A DNA stretch of 44,104 nt from a virus. Taxonomy: Duplodnaviria; Caudoviricetes. The translations under genes were made by a program, and so were the position numbers. Under the pieces are notes generated by a model. The model was not told the DNA's origin. It saw nothing but the letters and a program-made list of their open reading frames with translations, and made no database searches. Shown in pieces: positions 30,514 to 39,213 of the stretch (position 1 is its first letter; every line of letters begins with the position of its first letter). Location of the stretch: positions 1 to 44,104 of the IMG/VR virus record IMGVR_UViG_3300002307_000090. One strand, given 5' to 3'.

Positions 30514-31011
30514 ATGAGAATAAATGAAATCATAACAGAGTCAACAGACCTCGAAGAAGGATGGAAAAGTAAACTAGGTGCAGCAGCACTAGCAGGTGCG
30601 GCAATGCTTGGTGGAGGACATACTGCTCATGCTCAGAATCAACAACCAACTGCACAGACACAGCAAGCACCCGCTAAATGGAACAACACATTGAGCAATC
30701 CCAATACAACTTATGGTACTATTGGAACGCTGACCCCATTTTATAAAGCTGGAAAATTAAGCAAAGCTGACAGCGATCTTTACAATAAGATGCTACGAGC
30801 ATTTGATCAAGAACGTCAAGTAAATCCCAACTTAAAAACAGATGCAATAAACAAATACTTTGGGGAAAACTATTCCAGATCACAGCAACTTCTCAATAAG
30901 TATGCAAATGATCCAAACAAAAACTGGGAGCCATTTACCAGTCAGGCAATTGGAGCATTACGCACACTAGATAAAGCGTTGCAGAAAGAACAAGCCTATA
31001 ACTCTCGTTGA
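30514..31011 (+). CDS. Late protein with acidic leader and signal-peptide-like segment
   Basis: MRINEIITESTDLEE-GWKSKLGAAALAGAAMLGGGHTAHA-Q; AGGA SD. Confidence 0.7.
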   Translation: MRINEIITESTDLEEGWKSKLGAAALAGAAMLGGGHTAHAQNQQPTAQTQQAPAKWNNTLSNPNTTYGTIGTLTPFYKAGKLSKADSDLYNKMLRAFDQERQVNPNLKTDAINKYFGENYSRSQQLLNKYANDPNKNWEPFTSQAIGALRTLDKALQKEQAYNSR

Positions 31012-31052
31012 TTCTAATTCGGTCAACAAAATCCTCAATCTTTCCAATAAAT

Positions 31053-31102
31053 GATAAATACTATTGACATGCAGATATTAGTACTGTATAATATCTACAT
31101 GT
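31053..31102 (+). promoter_or_regulatory. Tandem late and sigma70 promoters of the SSB gene, with inverted repeat
   Basis: GATAAATA at 31053-31060; TTGACA-N17-TATAAT at 31064-31092; 14-bp IR arms at 31067-31080 and 31089-31102. Confidence 0.8.
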
Positions 31103-31178
31103 TGCATAGGAATTCCTCCTATTACACTAGTTGATACATGAAGTAAATTACTCTACATTTTACATAAAGGAAAGACAA

Positions 31179-32225
31179 ATGAGTTTAGCAGACATTCGCG
31201 CCAAATTGGCCGCACAAACCACGGGTGGTCAAAACACAAAAGCCCGTACACCAAACGATCAAGCCCTGTTTCCATTCTGGAACATCAAAGCAGGCGAAAC
31301 AGCCCAAGTACGTTTTCTACCAGACGCTGATCCAAACAACGTTTTATTCTGGGTTGAAAAGGCAGTTATCAACTTGACATTCAACGGTGTCAAGGGAACT
31401 AACGATGACAAGCAATACACGGTCAAAGTGCCATGCATGGAAATGTATGGAGAGAACTGCCCTATCATTCAAGAAGTTCGCACATGGTACAAGGATGAAA
31501 GCTTGACCGAAACAGCGAACAAGTACTGGAAGAAGCGTACATACTTGTTTCAAGGTTTCGTCAAACAAAACCCACTCTTGAACACAGGCAATCCAAAAAC
31601 AGAGGATACACCTCCAGAGAATCCAATTCGCAGATTCGTGATCACACCACAAGTATTCACCGTGATCAAAGCATCATTGACTAACCCAGAGATCGAAGAA
31701 ACACCAACCAACTACGAGCGTGGTTTGAATTTCAACATCTCCAAGACAGTCAAGGGTGACTACTCAGACTACACAACCAGTCAGTTTGCTCGTAAAGAAA
31801 CTGCACTAACAGAAGCAGAATTGGCAGCAATCGAACAGTATGGTTTGTTCAATCTCAAAGACTTCTTGCCTAAGAAGCCAAGTGAGGCAGAGCAACGCAT
31901 CATCAAAGAAATGTTTGAAGCATCAGTTGATGGTCGTCCATACGATGCAGAAAAATGGGCAGCATACTACAAGCCTTGGGGCTTAGAAGTTGCAACAACC
32001 GCTCAGCGTGAAGACGATGACGAGCCATTTGAAACCAAAGCTCCAGCACCACGTGCATCAGCACCAGCTCCAGTGGCAGAATACAAATCGCCAGTTGCAG
32101 CAGTAGGGGTTTCATGGGACGATGAAGCACCTGCCGCACAAGAGAAGGTTGAAGTTTCTGCCACTAAATCAAACGCTAATGACATTTTAGCTATGATTCG
32201 TAGCCGTCAGAACAAACCTGCCTAA
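31179..32225 (+). CDS. gp32: Single-stranded DNA-binding protein (T4 gp32-like)
   Basis: Start ATG 31179 after AAGGA. MSLADIRAKL, VRFLP, PC..YG..CP, YWKKR, DY..S.F. Confidence 0.85.
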   Translation: MSLADIRAKLAAQTTGGQNTKARTPNDQALFPFWNIKAGETAQVRFLPDADPNNVLFWVEKAVINLTFNGVKGTNDDKQYTVKVPCMEMYGENCPIIQEVRTWYKDESLTETANKYWKKRTYLFQGFVKQNPLLNTGNPKTEDTPPENPIRRFVITPQVFTVIKASLTNPEIEETPTNYERGLNFNISKTVKGDYSDYTTSQFARKETALTEAELAAIEQYGLFNLKDFLPKKPSEAEQRIIKEMFEASVDGRPYDAEKWAAYYKPWGLEVATTAQREDDDEPFETKAPAPRASAPAPVAEYKSPVAAVGVSWDDEAPAAQEKVEVSATKSNANDILAMIRSRQNKPA

Positions 32226-32239
32226 TCAATAGGTCCAGC

Positions 32240-32270
32240 CCAGTACCCAGTTCATTCTGGGTACTGGTTC
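32240..32270 (+). terminator. Hairpin/probable terminator after the SSB gene
   Basis: CCAGTACCCAG-TTCATT-CTGGGTACTGG; weak U-tract. Confidence 0.55.
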
Positions 32271-32286
32271 ACAACTGGAGAATAAC

Positions 32287-32526
32287 ATGACACTACCAGA
32301 AGAACGCTATCGTGCCATTAAACAGGGCAAGAAGCTGCTAGAAGAATTATGCGATCCTGGCAGAACACCACGTGTTCCGGGAATTGTACGTGAACGAGCA
32401 AGATCAGCACTTAGACACTATCCAACTGAATATGAACTAGATCGTATGGCTACTAGTTGTCCAGAATTGCTTGACTCGGAAGAGTTCTCGCTGTACAATA
32501 AACAACTAATGAATAAAGGATTATAA
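32287..32526 (+). CDS. Small conserved phage protein (resembles the BPSL0761 family from memory)
   Basis: MTLPEERYRA...TPRVP..VR..AR..LRHYP; GGAG SD. Confidence 0.6.
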   Translation: MTLPEERYRAIKQGKKLLEELCDPGRTPRVPGIVRERARSALRHYPTEYELDRMATSCPELLDSEEFSLYNKQLMNKGL

Positions 32527-33170
32527 TGAGTTTCGCTTCTACTCATCTGATGATCAAACGGCATCGAGTCACGGGTCTTATGTATTTTTGTAAGACTACG
32601 GCTCAGGACCCGTTTAAATATCAGGGGTCTGGGCGATACTGGAAAAATCATCTTAAGAAACACGGACGACACGTCGATACTATTTGGTCTCAACTATTTA
32701 CCGATAAAAATGATATAGTCGAGTTTGCTTTATTCTTCAGCGATTTTCATGATATTGTAAAGCATAGAGACCCAAACGGAAAAAAAACTTGGGCAAATGA
32801 AGTTCCGGAAGACGGACTTCAGGGCGGACAGAATCGAGGAATGAGCGGCCCCGGAATTACTAATTATGGAAATACTCACACAGAAGAGGCAAAAAAGACG
32901 ATGGCTCTTTTTGGAGATTCTAACGGTATGTACGGGAAAAATCATACTCTCGATTCAATAGAAATGATGAAGAAAAATCGTCCGAGTCAGACAGGATCCA
33001 AAAACCCAGTTGCCAGACCATGCCACACACCGAACGGATGGTTTGATACTGTTCGAGAAGCAACTAAGAACGAAAGCATTAGTGAACCGACACTGAGGAC
33101 GAGATTACAATCGACTGATGAAAAATATAAAGAATATTACTATAAAGGAAATGAAAATGAAACCATTTGA
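32526..33170 (+). mobile_element. Free-standing GIY-YIG-like homing endonuclease
   Basis: HRVTGLMYFCKT..DPFKYQGSGRYWKNHL, paralogous to 19930; HTEEAKK and NGMYGKNHT NUMOD3-like motifs; overlaps the uvsX start. Confidence 0.75.
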
Positions 33171-34215
33171 TTTGAGCGGATTTAGAAAGAGCATTACAAA
33201 GAGCATCGAGGGATTATCGATTGGGTTCAGTGATCCGACTGACTGGATTTCCACCGGAAATTTCGCACTGAATTATTTAATATCGGGCGACTTCAACAAG
33301 GGAATTCCTCTTGGAAAAGTTACCGTATTTGCAGGTGAATCGGGTGCAGGTAAGTCCTATATCTGTTCTGGTAACGTGATCAGAAATGCCCAAGCACAGG
33401 GAATCTTTGTCGTGCTTATCGATAGCGAGAACGCACTTGACGAGTCATGGCTACATGCTCTTGGGGTTGATACATCCGAAGACAAACTGCTGAAACTCAA
33501 TATGTGCATGATCAACGATGTTTCAAAAACTATCTCCGTCTTCATGAAGGACTACAAAGCAATTCCCATAGAAGATAGACCGAAAGTCTTGTTTGTCGTT
33601 GACTCACTCGGTATGCTAATGACTGATATTCAAGTTGAACAATTTGATAAGGGTGATAATAAAGGTGACTTTGGTCACAAACCACGTCAATTGAAAACTC
33701 TTGTTACCAACTGTGTGAATATGTTTGGAAGCAACAATGTTGGATTGATCGCGACCAATCACTCGTATGAGTCACAAGACCCATACTCACCGGATCCAAA
33801 GATTTCTGGTGGTAGTGGTTTCGTATACGCATCATCAATCGTGGTTGCTATGAAGAAACTCAAGCTGAAACTTGACGATGAAGGTACCAAAGTAAGTGAA
33901 GTACTGGGTATTCGTGCCGGTTGCAAGATTATGAAGACACGTTATGCCAAGCCGTTTGAAGATATCGAACTACAGATTCCATACTCAACTGGTATGAATC
34001 CATATTCGGGTTTCTTTGATCTGCTTGAAAAGCGTGGTCTGATTAAGAAGGACGGTATTCGTTATGCTTACACTGATCTTAACGGTGAAGTACACAAGTA
34101 CTATCGTAAAGAATGGGCTAAGAACGCAAACGGAATCTTTGAACTTGTGATGTCTGAATTTGACCAAAAACAAGCTGGGATAAATACAGAAATTACGGAG
34201 GATGAAGAAGAATGA
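33157..34215 (+). CDS. uvsX: RecA-like recombinase (UvsX)
   Basis: GESGAGKS, DSENA, VVDSLG, TNHSY, SGG; start ATG 33157 after AAAGGA. Confidence 0.92.
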   Translation: MKPFDLSGFRKSITKSIEGLSIGFSDPTDWISTGNFALNYLISGDFNKGIPLGKVTVFAGESGAGKSYICSGNVIRNAQAQGIFVVLIDSENALDESWLHALGVDTSEDKLLKLNMCMINDVSKTISVFMKDYKAIPIEDRPKVLFVVDSLGMLMTDIQVEQFDKGDNKGDFGHKPRQLKTLVTNCVNMFGSNNVGLIATNHSYESQDPYSPDPKISGGSGFVYASSIVVAMKKLKLKLDDEGTKVSEVLGIRAGCKIMKTRYAKPFEDIELQIPYSTGMNPYSGFFDLLEKRGLIKKDGIRYAYTDLNGEVHKYYRKEWAKNANGIFELVMSEFDQKQAGINTEITEDEEE

Positions 34216-34502
34216 GTTCAAACAGTTCAGGATTGGCGTTAGCCTATGAGTTATGGCACATTGTCAAAGAAAGTATTTCAAGTATTGACCGTGACAGTAT
34301 TGCCGAAAGCGTGGTATCAACTCTAATCGATCATGATTGTGGACCCTTGCAAATCAAAGCTGCATTTCGTGGTGATTCAGATATCATTGAGGCAGTAAAT
34401 CGTCACATTGATTTTGATGAAGCTGACGAGGATGAAGATGAAGATGACGAGATCGACTATACATTTGACGATCATGACAACGACGAAGACGAAGATTGGT
34501 GA
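34212..34502 (+). CDS. Small acidic hypothetical protein
   Basis: 96 aa, D/E-rich tail ending in W; GATAAATA at 34179-34186 upstream. Confidence 0.65.
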   Translation: MSSNSSGLALAYELWHIVKESISSIDRDSIAESVVSTLIDHDCGPLQIKAAFRGDSDIIEAVNRHIDFDEADEDEDEDDEIDYTFDDHDNDEDEDW

Positions 34503-34505
34503 TAA

Positions 34506-34961
34506 ATGAAATGGTACACACGAGTAATTCAAGATTTATCCGTATTGCCCGACTTTATTCAACACTACGAAAGTGAGTTGAACGAGGCCAAATATGACAC
34601 TCATATCAAGGGCAATATGGAGAAGAATCTAGCAGCACTGCCAGGAATTACCGAGCAGCGATTCAACCAATTACAGGAAATCGAAAGTGTACTAAACTTC
34701 TTGAACATTCAACTCAAGAAGATTCGCAGCGCAACATTCAAGAAATATCTTGAAGCTTATAATCGTGCGCTGACAAGTAGAGACGCAGAGCGTTATGTTG
34801 ATGGAGAAGCAGATGTCATTGACATGGAAACGCTGATCAACGAAGTAGCACTGTTGCGTAATCGCTGGCTGGGTATCATGAAAGCACTAGAAAGCAAAAA
34901 CTTCATGATGGGTCACTTGGTAAGACTCAAAACAGCAGGAATGGAAGACTTTTCCATCTAA
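34506..34961 (+). CDS. uvsY: Recombination mediator (UvsY-like)
   Basis: 151 aa, helical; YLE.Y.RAL...DAERYVDGE...KALESK pattern; follows uvsX. Confidence 0.7.
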   Translation: MKWYTRVIQDLSVLPDFIQHYESELNEAKYDTHIKGNMEKNLAALPGITEQRFNQLQEIESVLNFLNIQLKKIRSATFKKYLEAYNRALTSRDAERYVDGEADVIDMETLINEVALLRNRWLGIMKALESKNFMMGHLVRLKTAGMEDFSI

Positions 34962-34973
34962 ATATTGCTTAGT

Positions 34974-35032
34974 AAAGTGTTGCGTAAAAACAACACTTTT
35001 TTCTTGACTTTTATTCCATTTTCGTGTAAAAT
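34974..35032 (+). promoter_or_regulatory. Early sigma70 promoter with upstream palindrome
   Basis: AAAGTGTTG-N8-CAACACTTT, then TTGACT-N17-TAAAAT at 35004-35032. Confidence 0.75.
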
Positions 35033-35069
35033 ACACACATACACTCGAAAAACAAACAAGGAATTAAAG

Positions 35070-35297
35070 ATGAATCAAAAAGTCGCTCAAGCCCTCTCCG
35101 CTCAGTTTCAAGGCAAAATGACTCAGGCAGTCGAAACACTGTATCAAGCTCGTCTTGCCCAACGCCGTAAAGAGGCAGCTTTGGCAAATGCTCGTAATGC
35201 TGCATCGGCTATGTTCGATGACGAACGCGCATTACGTGCTATGTACGTAGGGCGTCTTGAGGGCTGGCAGGGAAAATCTTGGTATACTGGCGTTTAA
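35070..35297 (+). CDS. Small early hypothetical protein
   Basis: 75 aa from ATG 35070 after AAGGA. Confidence 0.65.
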   Translation: MNQKVAQALSAQFQGKMTQAVETLYQARLAQRRKEAALANARNAASAMFDDERALRAMYVGRLEGWQGKSWYTGV

Positions 35298-35340
35298 GCA
35301 GTATTCAATCTCAAAACACACACTTATACACAGGATTAAA

Positions 35341-36018
35341 ATGGCACGTACAAAACAACCCGTAGTGACTTATTCAACTGAGCTAGTATTTGCGGCAGCC
35401 TGTGCGGCTGATCGTATCAATCAAGGCGAGTACATTTCAGCAACAACCGATTTGACAATCGAAGCTGTTCGTGCCCGCATTGCGAAATCTACTAACAAAT
35501 CCTTAATGCTGGAATTGCTAAGCAAACCTGAGGGCATCACTGACGAAGATCGTGCTAAAGCACTCTTAGTAATGCAGAACTTTCAGGCACTTACATTCAA
35601 GCTTTTGAACGGCAAAGTACTGAGCGAGTTCGATGCAAAAGCACTGGATTTGGCATCATCTGAGACACTCAGAGATCGTGATATCGGCGTGGTTGCATAC
35701 TTGCCAGTGGGCTATGCACGTGCCATGACTCGCCGTTCAGTCGATGAACGTTTGCGTGACTGCGCTGTTGGTTTTGTTGGCGCAGTAAACACTAAAGTAT
35801 CGCTTAGTATCGAAGTACTAAAGAATACTTATTCTCAAAATTACGGCTGTTATTTCGTGAGTGCGATTACTAAAGATAATTTAGCAGTCAATTTCGCAAC
35901 AAGTCACGGTCAGACATTCGCACTAAATCAAACTTATGACATTACTGCTAAGGTAAAAGCTCATTACGAGGGTTCAGTCACTAAGCTAAACTTTGTGAAA
36001 ATCGCAAAAAAAGCTTGA
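35341..36018 (+). CDS. Early hypothetical protein, possible C-terminal OB-fold
   Basis: Start ATG 35341 after AGGA; beta-rich C-terminus FVG...ITAKVKAH...TKLNFVK. Confidence 0.6.
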   Translation: MARTKQPVVTYSTELVFAAACAADRINQGEYISATTDLTIEAVRARIAKSTNKSLMLELLSKPEGITDEDRAKALLVMQNFQALTFKLLNGKVLSEFDAKALDLASSETLRDRDIGVVAYLPVGYARAMTRRSVDERLRDCAVGFVGAVNTKVSLSIEVLKNTYSQNYGCYFVSAITKDNLAVNFATSHGQTFALNQTYDITAKVKAHYEGSVTKLNFVKIAKKA

Positions 36019-36043
36019 CGGTAATTCGGTAATTTGCTATAAT
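36015..36043 (+). promoter_or_regulatory. Early sigma70 promoter with direct repeat in spacer
   Basis: A-tract, TTGACG-N17-TATAAT, CGGTAATT x2 at 36019-36034. Confidence 0.8.
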
Positions 36044-36078
36044 AGTAGTATTGAATCGATAAACAAATAAGGAAATAC

Positions 36079-37116
36079 ATGGCTACTTCAATTCGTGTCG
36101 CTCGTGGGTCGTACAAAGATTTCTCAATCGAGAATATGGTTTTCACTTTGGCTCGCCCTATTGAGTCAAGCGGTGGGCGCATTCAAGTCAAAAACAACGG
36201 CTCGTTGCCCACAAAAAGCAAGCAAGTTTACATTGACTCGGACAATTTCGAGATTCTGCAAACTGGTCGTACTGTCACAGGCGTGACAAATTTCATTCCC
36301 GAAGTCAAGTCAGAGGAACCCGTTGTCGTGGAATCTGACGAAGATGCAATGAACCGCATTGCAACACGCTTTGCAATTCTTGATGAAATGTCATCAGCTT
36401 GCATTGCCTCAAACATTCGTGCCTTGATCGTGTCGGGCCCTCCCGGAGTCGGCAAGTCACACGGCGTTGAAACACAGCTTGAAAAGTCATCACTGTTTGA
36501 TCGTCTCGGCGGCAAGAAAATTCGCTATGAGATTGTCAAGGGTGCAATGTCAGCATTGGGTCTGTACTCAACACTGTACAAATTTAGTGATGCCAAGAAC
36601 GTTTTGGTTTTCGATGACTGCGACATTTTCCATGACGAAGATGCTCTCAACATTCTCAAAGCTGCGCTGGATTCTGGCAAACGCCGCAAGATTTTCTGGA
36701 ACACTGACAGTCGCAAATTGCGTGATGAAGGTATTCCCAACTCATTCGATTTCAAGGGTTCAGTGATTTTCATCACCAACTTGAATTTTCAAAGTGCCCG
36801 TGGCAAAATCGCCGCTCACGTTGAAGCACTGCAATCACGTTGTCATTATCTTGATCTGACAATCAACACTGAACGTGATCGTATGTTGCGTATCAAGCAA
36901 GTGCATCGTGATGCCGAAGACACAGGTGGTTTGTTCAAGGACTACGATTTTGAAAGTGGCGAAGATCAAATGATCTTGGATTTCATGTGGGAACAACGTG
37001 AGAATTTAAGCGAAGTTTCTATGCGTATGGCATTGAAGATCGCCGACCTTGTGCGTATCAGTCCCAACAACTGGAAGGTTCTCACAGAGAACACCTGTTT
37101 CAAACACCGCCGATAA
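36079..37116 (+). CDS. Phage AAA-family ATPase
   Basis: GPPGVGKS, LVFDDCD, IFITN, ALQSR. Confidence 0.8.
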   Translation: MATSIRVARGSYKDFSIENMVFTLARPIESSGGRIQVKNNGSLPTKSKQVYIDSDNFEILQTGRTVTGVTNFIPEVKSEEPVVVESDEDAMNRIATRFAILDEMSSACIASNIRALIVSGPPGVGKSHGVETQLEKSSLFDRLGGKKIRYEIVKGAMSALGLYSTLYKFSDAKNVLVFDDCDIFHDEDALNILKAALDSGKRRKIFWNTDSRKLRDEGIPNSFDFKGSVIFITNLNFQSARGKIAAHVEALQSRCHYLDLTINTERDRMLRIKQVHRDAEDTGGLFKDYDFESGEDQMILDFMWEQRENLSEVSMRMALKIADLVRISPNNWKVLTENTCFKHRR

Positions 37117-37124
37117 TCTGACAA

Positions 37125-37198
37125 GTGTCCAAAAACCCGCTCAGGCGGGTTTTTTGTTGTCGTGTCAAAAAACCCGCTCAGGCGGGTTTTTTGTTGTC
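37125..37198. repeat. 37-bp tandem duplication of a bidirectional terminator
   Basis: GTGTC(C/A)AAAAACCCGCTCAGGCGGGTTTTTTGTTGTC at 37125-37161 and 37162-37198, one mismatch. Confidence 0.92.
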
Positions 37199-37235
37199 CG
37201 TATATATTGACATTCTCAGCATATATAAGTATAAT
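37195..37235 (+). promoter_or_regulatory. Consensus sigma70 promoter with TGTCC box; leaderless
   Basis: TGTCC-N7-TTGACA-N17-TATAAT; ATG 7 nt downstream. Confidence 0.85.
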
Positions 37236-37242
37236 ACAAAAT

Positions 37243-38700
37243 ATGAGAGAATGTAAACTAATAATCAATGACGAAGTAAACGTCAGGTTCGATGGACTGG
37301 ATGTATCAGACAGACGAAATCTGGTCAAGATGTTTGAGTATGAAAAACCGGGTGCCAGATATATGCCGGCTGTCAGGCTTGGAAGATGGAATGGAAAAGT
37401 TCCGTACTTCAATCTTAACGGCAATTCCTATATCAACCTACTGCCAGAGATTCTACCCTACTTAGATGAACGCAATTATGATATTGAGCTGATTGACAAT
37501 CGTGACTATAAAACATCATTTGAATTCACCCAAGTAGACGAAAACTTTTTCGAGGGTCGTGTATGGCCAGTGGGACATGAGCGAGAGGGTCAGCCTATTG
37601 TACTGCGTGACTATCAGATCAAGATCGCCAACGACTTTTTCCAACACCCACAAAGCATACAAGAAGTAGCCACAGGCGCAGGCAAGACAATCACATCAGC
37701 AGTCTTATCAAAGTCTATCGAACAATATGGCAGATCAATCGTGATCGTGCCCAACAAGTCATTGGTCGGTGCCACTGAAGCTGACTATATAAACGTAGGC
37801 ATGGACGTGGGCGTGTACTTTGGTGATCGTAAAGAGTACAACAAAACGCACACAGTATGTACATGGCAAAGCTTGAACAATCTGCTTAAGAGTACCAAGA
37901 GCGGAGACGCAGATGTGACCATTCAAGATTTTATTGAGGGCGTGGTTATGGTGCTGGTCGACGAAGTACACGGTGCAAAGGCAGAAGCACTCAAAGAATT
38001 GCTGGGTGGCGTTATGTCACGTATTCCCATTCGTTGGGGTTTTACTGGAACCATTCCAAAAGACAAGTTTGCATTCTCGGCACTGTTGGTCAATCTTGGC
38101 CCAGTAACCAATCATCTGACTGCAAGTGAGCTACAGGAAAAAGAAGTACTGGCTCGTTGTCATGTGAACATTGTACAGCTACAGGATGGAGTAGAACTAG
38201 AAAACTATCAAAGCGAACTCAAACACTTATTGGGTGACAAGAAACGTCTAGACGAGCTGGGCAAAATCATTGACAAAGTAGTTGAGACAGGCAACACGCT
38301 TATTCTTGTTGATCGTGTAGCAGCAGGTCATGAGTTAGAGCAACGTATTGCAAACTCAGTGTTCTTAAGCGGTAAAGACAAGGTCAAAGATCGTGACGTA
38401 GAGTACAAAGAGGTTGCTATCACAGACGATAAAGTTATTATTGCTACATACGGTATCGCTGCCGTTGGTTTGAACATACCACGCATCTTCAACTTGGTCA
38501 TGATTGAACCAGGAAAAGGATTCACCCGAGTGATTCAGTCGATTGGTCGTGGCATCAGGAAAGCCGAAGACAAGGACTTTGTTCAGATTTGGGACTTGAC
38601 ATCAAGTTGTAGATTTGCCAAACGTCATTTGACCGTAAGAAAATCGTTTTATCGTGAAGCAAACTATCCATTTACTGTTGCTAAACATAACTATAAGTGA
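37243..38700 (+). CDS. uvsW: SF2 DNA helicase (UvsW-like)
   Basis: LRDYQ, ATGAGKT, DEVH, TGT, QSIGRGIR; start ATG 37243. Confidence 0.9.
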   Translation: MRECKLIINDEVNVRFDGLDVSDRRNLVKMFEYEKPGARYMPAVRLGRWNGKVPYFNLNGNSYINLLPEILPYLDERNYDIELIDNRDYKTSFEFTQVDENFFEGRVWPVGHEREGQPIVLRDYQIKIANDFFQHPQSIQEVATGAGKTITSAVLSKSIEQYGRSIVIVPNKSLVGATEADYINVGMDVGVYFGDRKEYNKTHTVCTWQSLNNLLKSTKSGDADVTIQDFIEGVVMVLVDEVHGAKAEALKELLGGVMSRIPIRWGFTGTIPKDKFAFSALLVNLGPVTNHLTASELQEKEVLARCHVNIVQLQDGVELENYQSELKHLLGDKKRLDELGKIIDKVVETGNTLILVDRVAAGHELEQRIANSVFLSGKDKVKDRDVEYKEVAITDDKVIIATYGIAAVGLNIPRIFNLVMIEPGKGFTRVIQSIGRGIRKAEDKDFVQIWDLTSSCRFAKRHLTVRKSFYREANYPFTVAKHNYK

Positions 38701-38712
38701 TATAATAACACT

Positions 38713-39213
38713 ATGAAAATACTCACTCTTGACAATACAGCGTACAATCTTGAAAATCTCCCAGAAGAGATTGATGATTTAAGATTCGCAATCTTAGACA
38801 ATTCAAATCCACAGTCGGTGGACTATCATTACATTCCACTTATCTTTTTGGAATCATTCAACAGTCCGGCATTAGTATTGCGTATTGGTGATGCTCAGAT
38901 CAAAATGCCATTGGATTGGCAAATCTTGATTGGTGAAGCTGAAATGGGCGATCTTGAAACGTTACCACTTACATCAATCAATGATCGTGGCTTCAACGCA
39001 TTTGAGTTTAACCCGCTGAGCGGCTTTAGACCTTCATTTCTTGACATTGAGATTCTGGATGTGTATCATGATGTTACATGGTTTGCGCCCAGATTGAAGA
39101 ACGGTCAATTCTTATGCGTACCTATTGATGACTCACCCAAGCCACGCTGTATTTACTTTGTCAAAGAAGTCAGTCGTAACTGTGAGATAATCGATTATAA
39201 TCAGGCGTTCTAA
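38713..39213 (+). CDS. Beta-rich hypothetical protein
   Basis: 166 aa; own promoter TTGCTA-N17-TATAAT at 38678-38706, leaderless. Confidence 0.7.
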   Translation: MKILTLDNTAYNLENLPEEIDDLRFAILDNSNPQSVDYHYIPLIFLESFNSPALVLRIGDAQIKMPLDWQILIGEAEMGDLETLPLTSINDRGFNAFEFNPLSGFRPSFLDIEILDVYHDVTWFAPRLKNGQFLCVPIDDSPKPRCIYFVKEVSRNCEIIDYNQAF

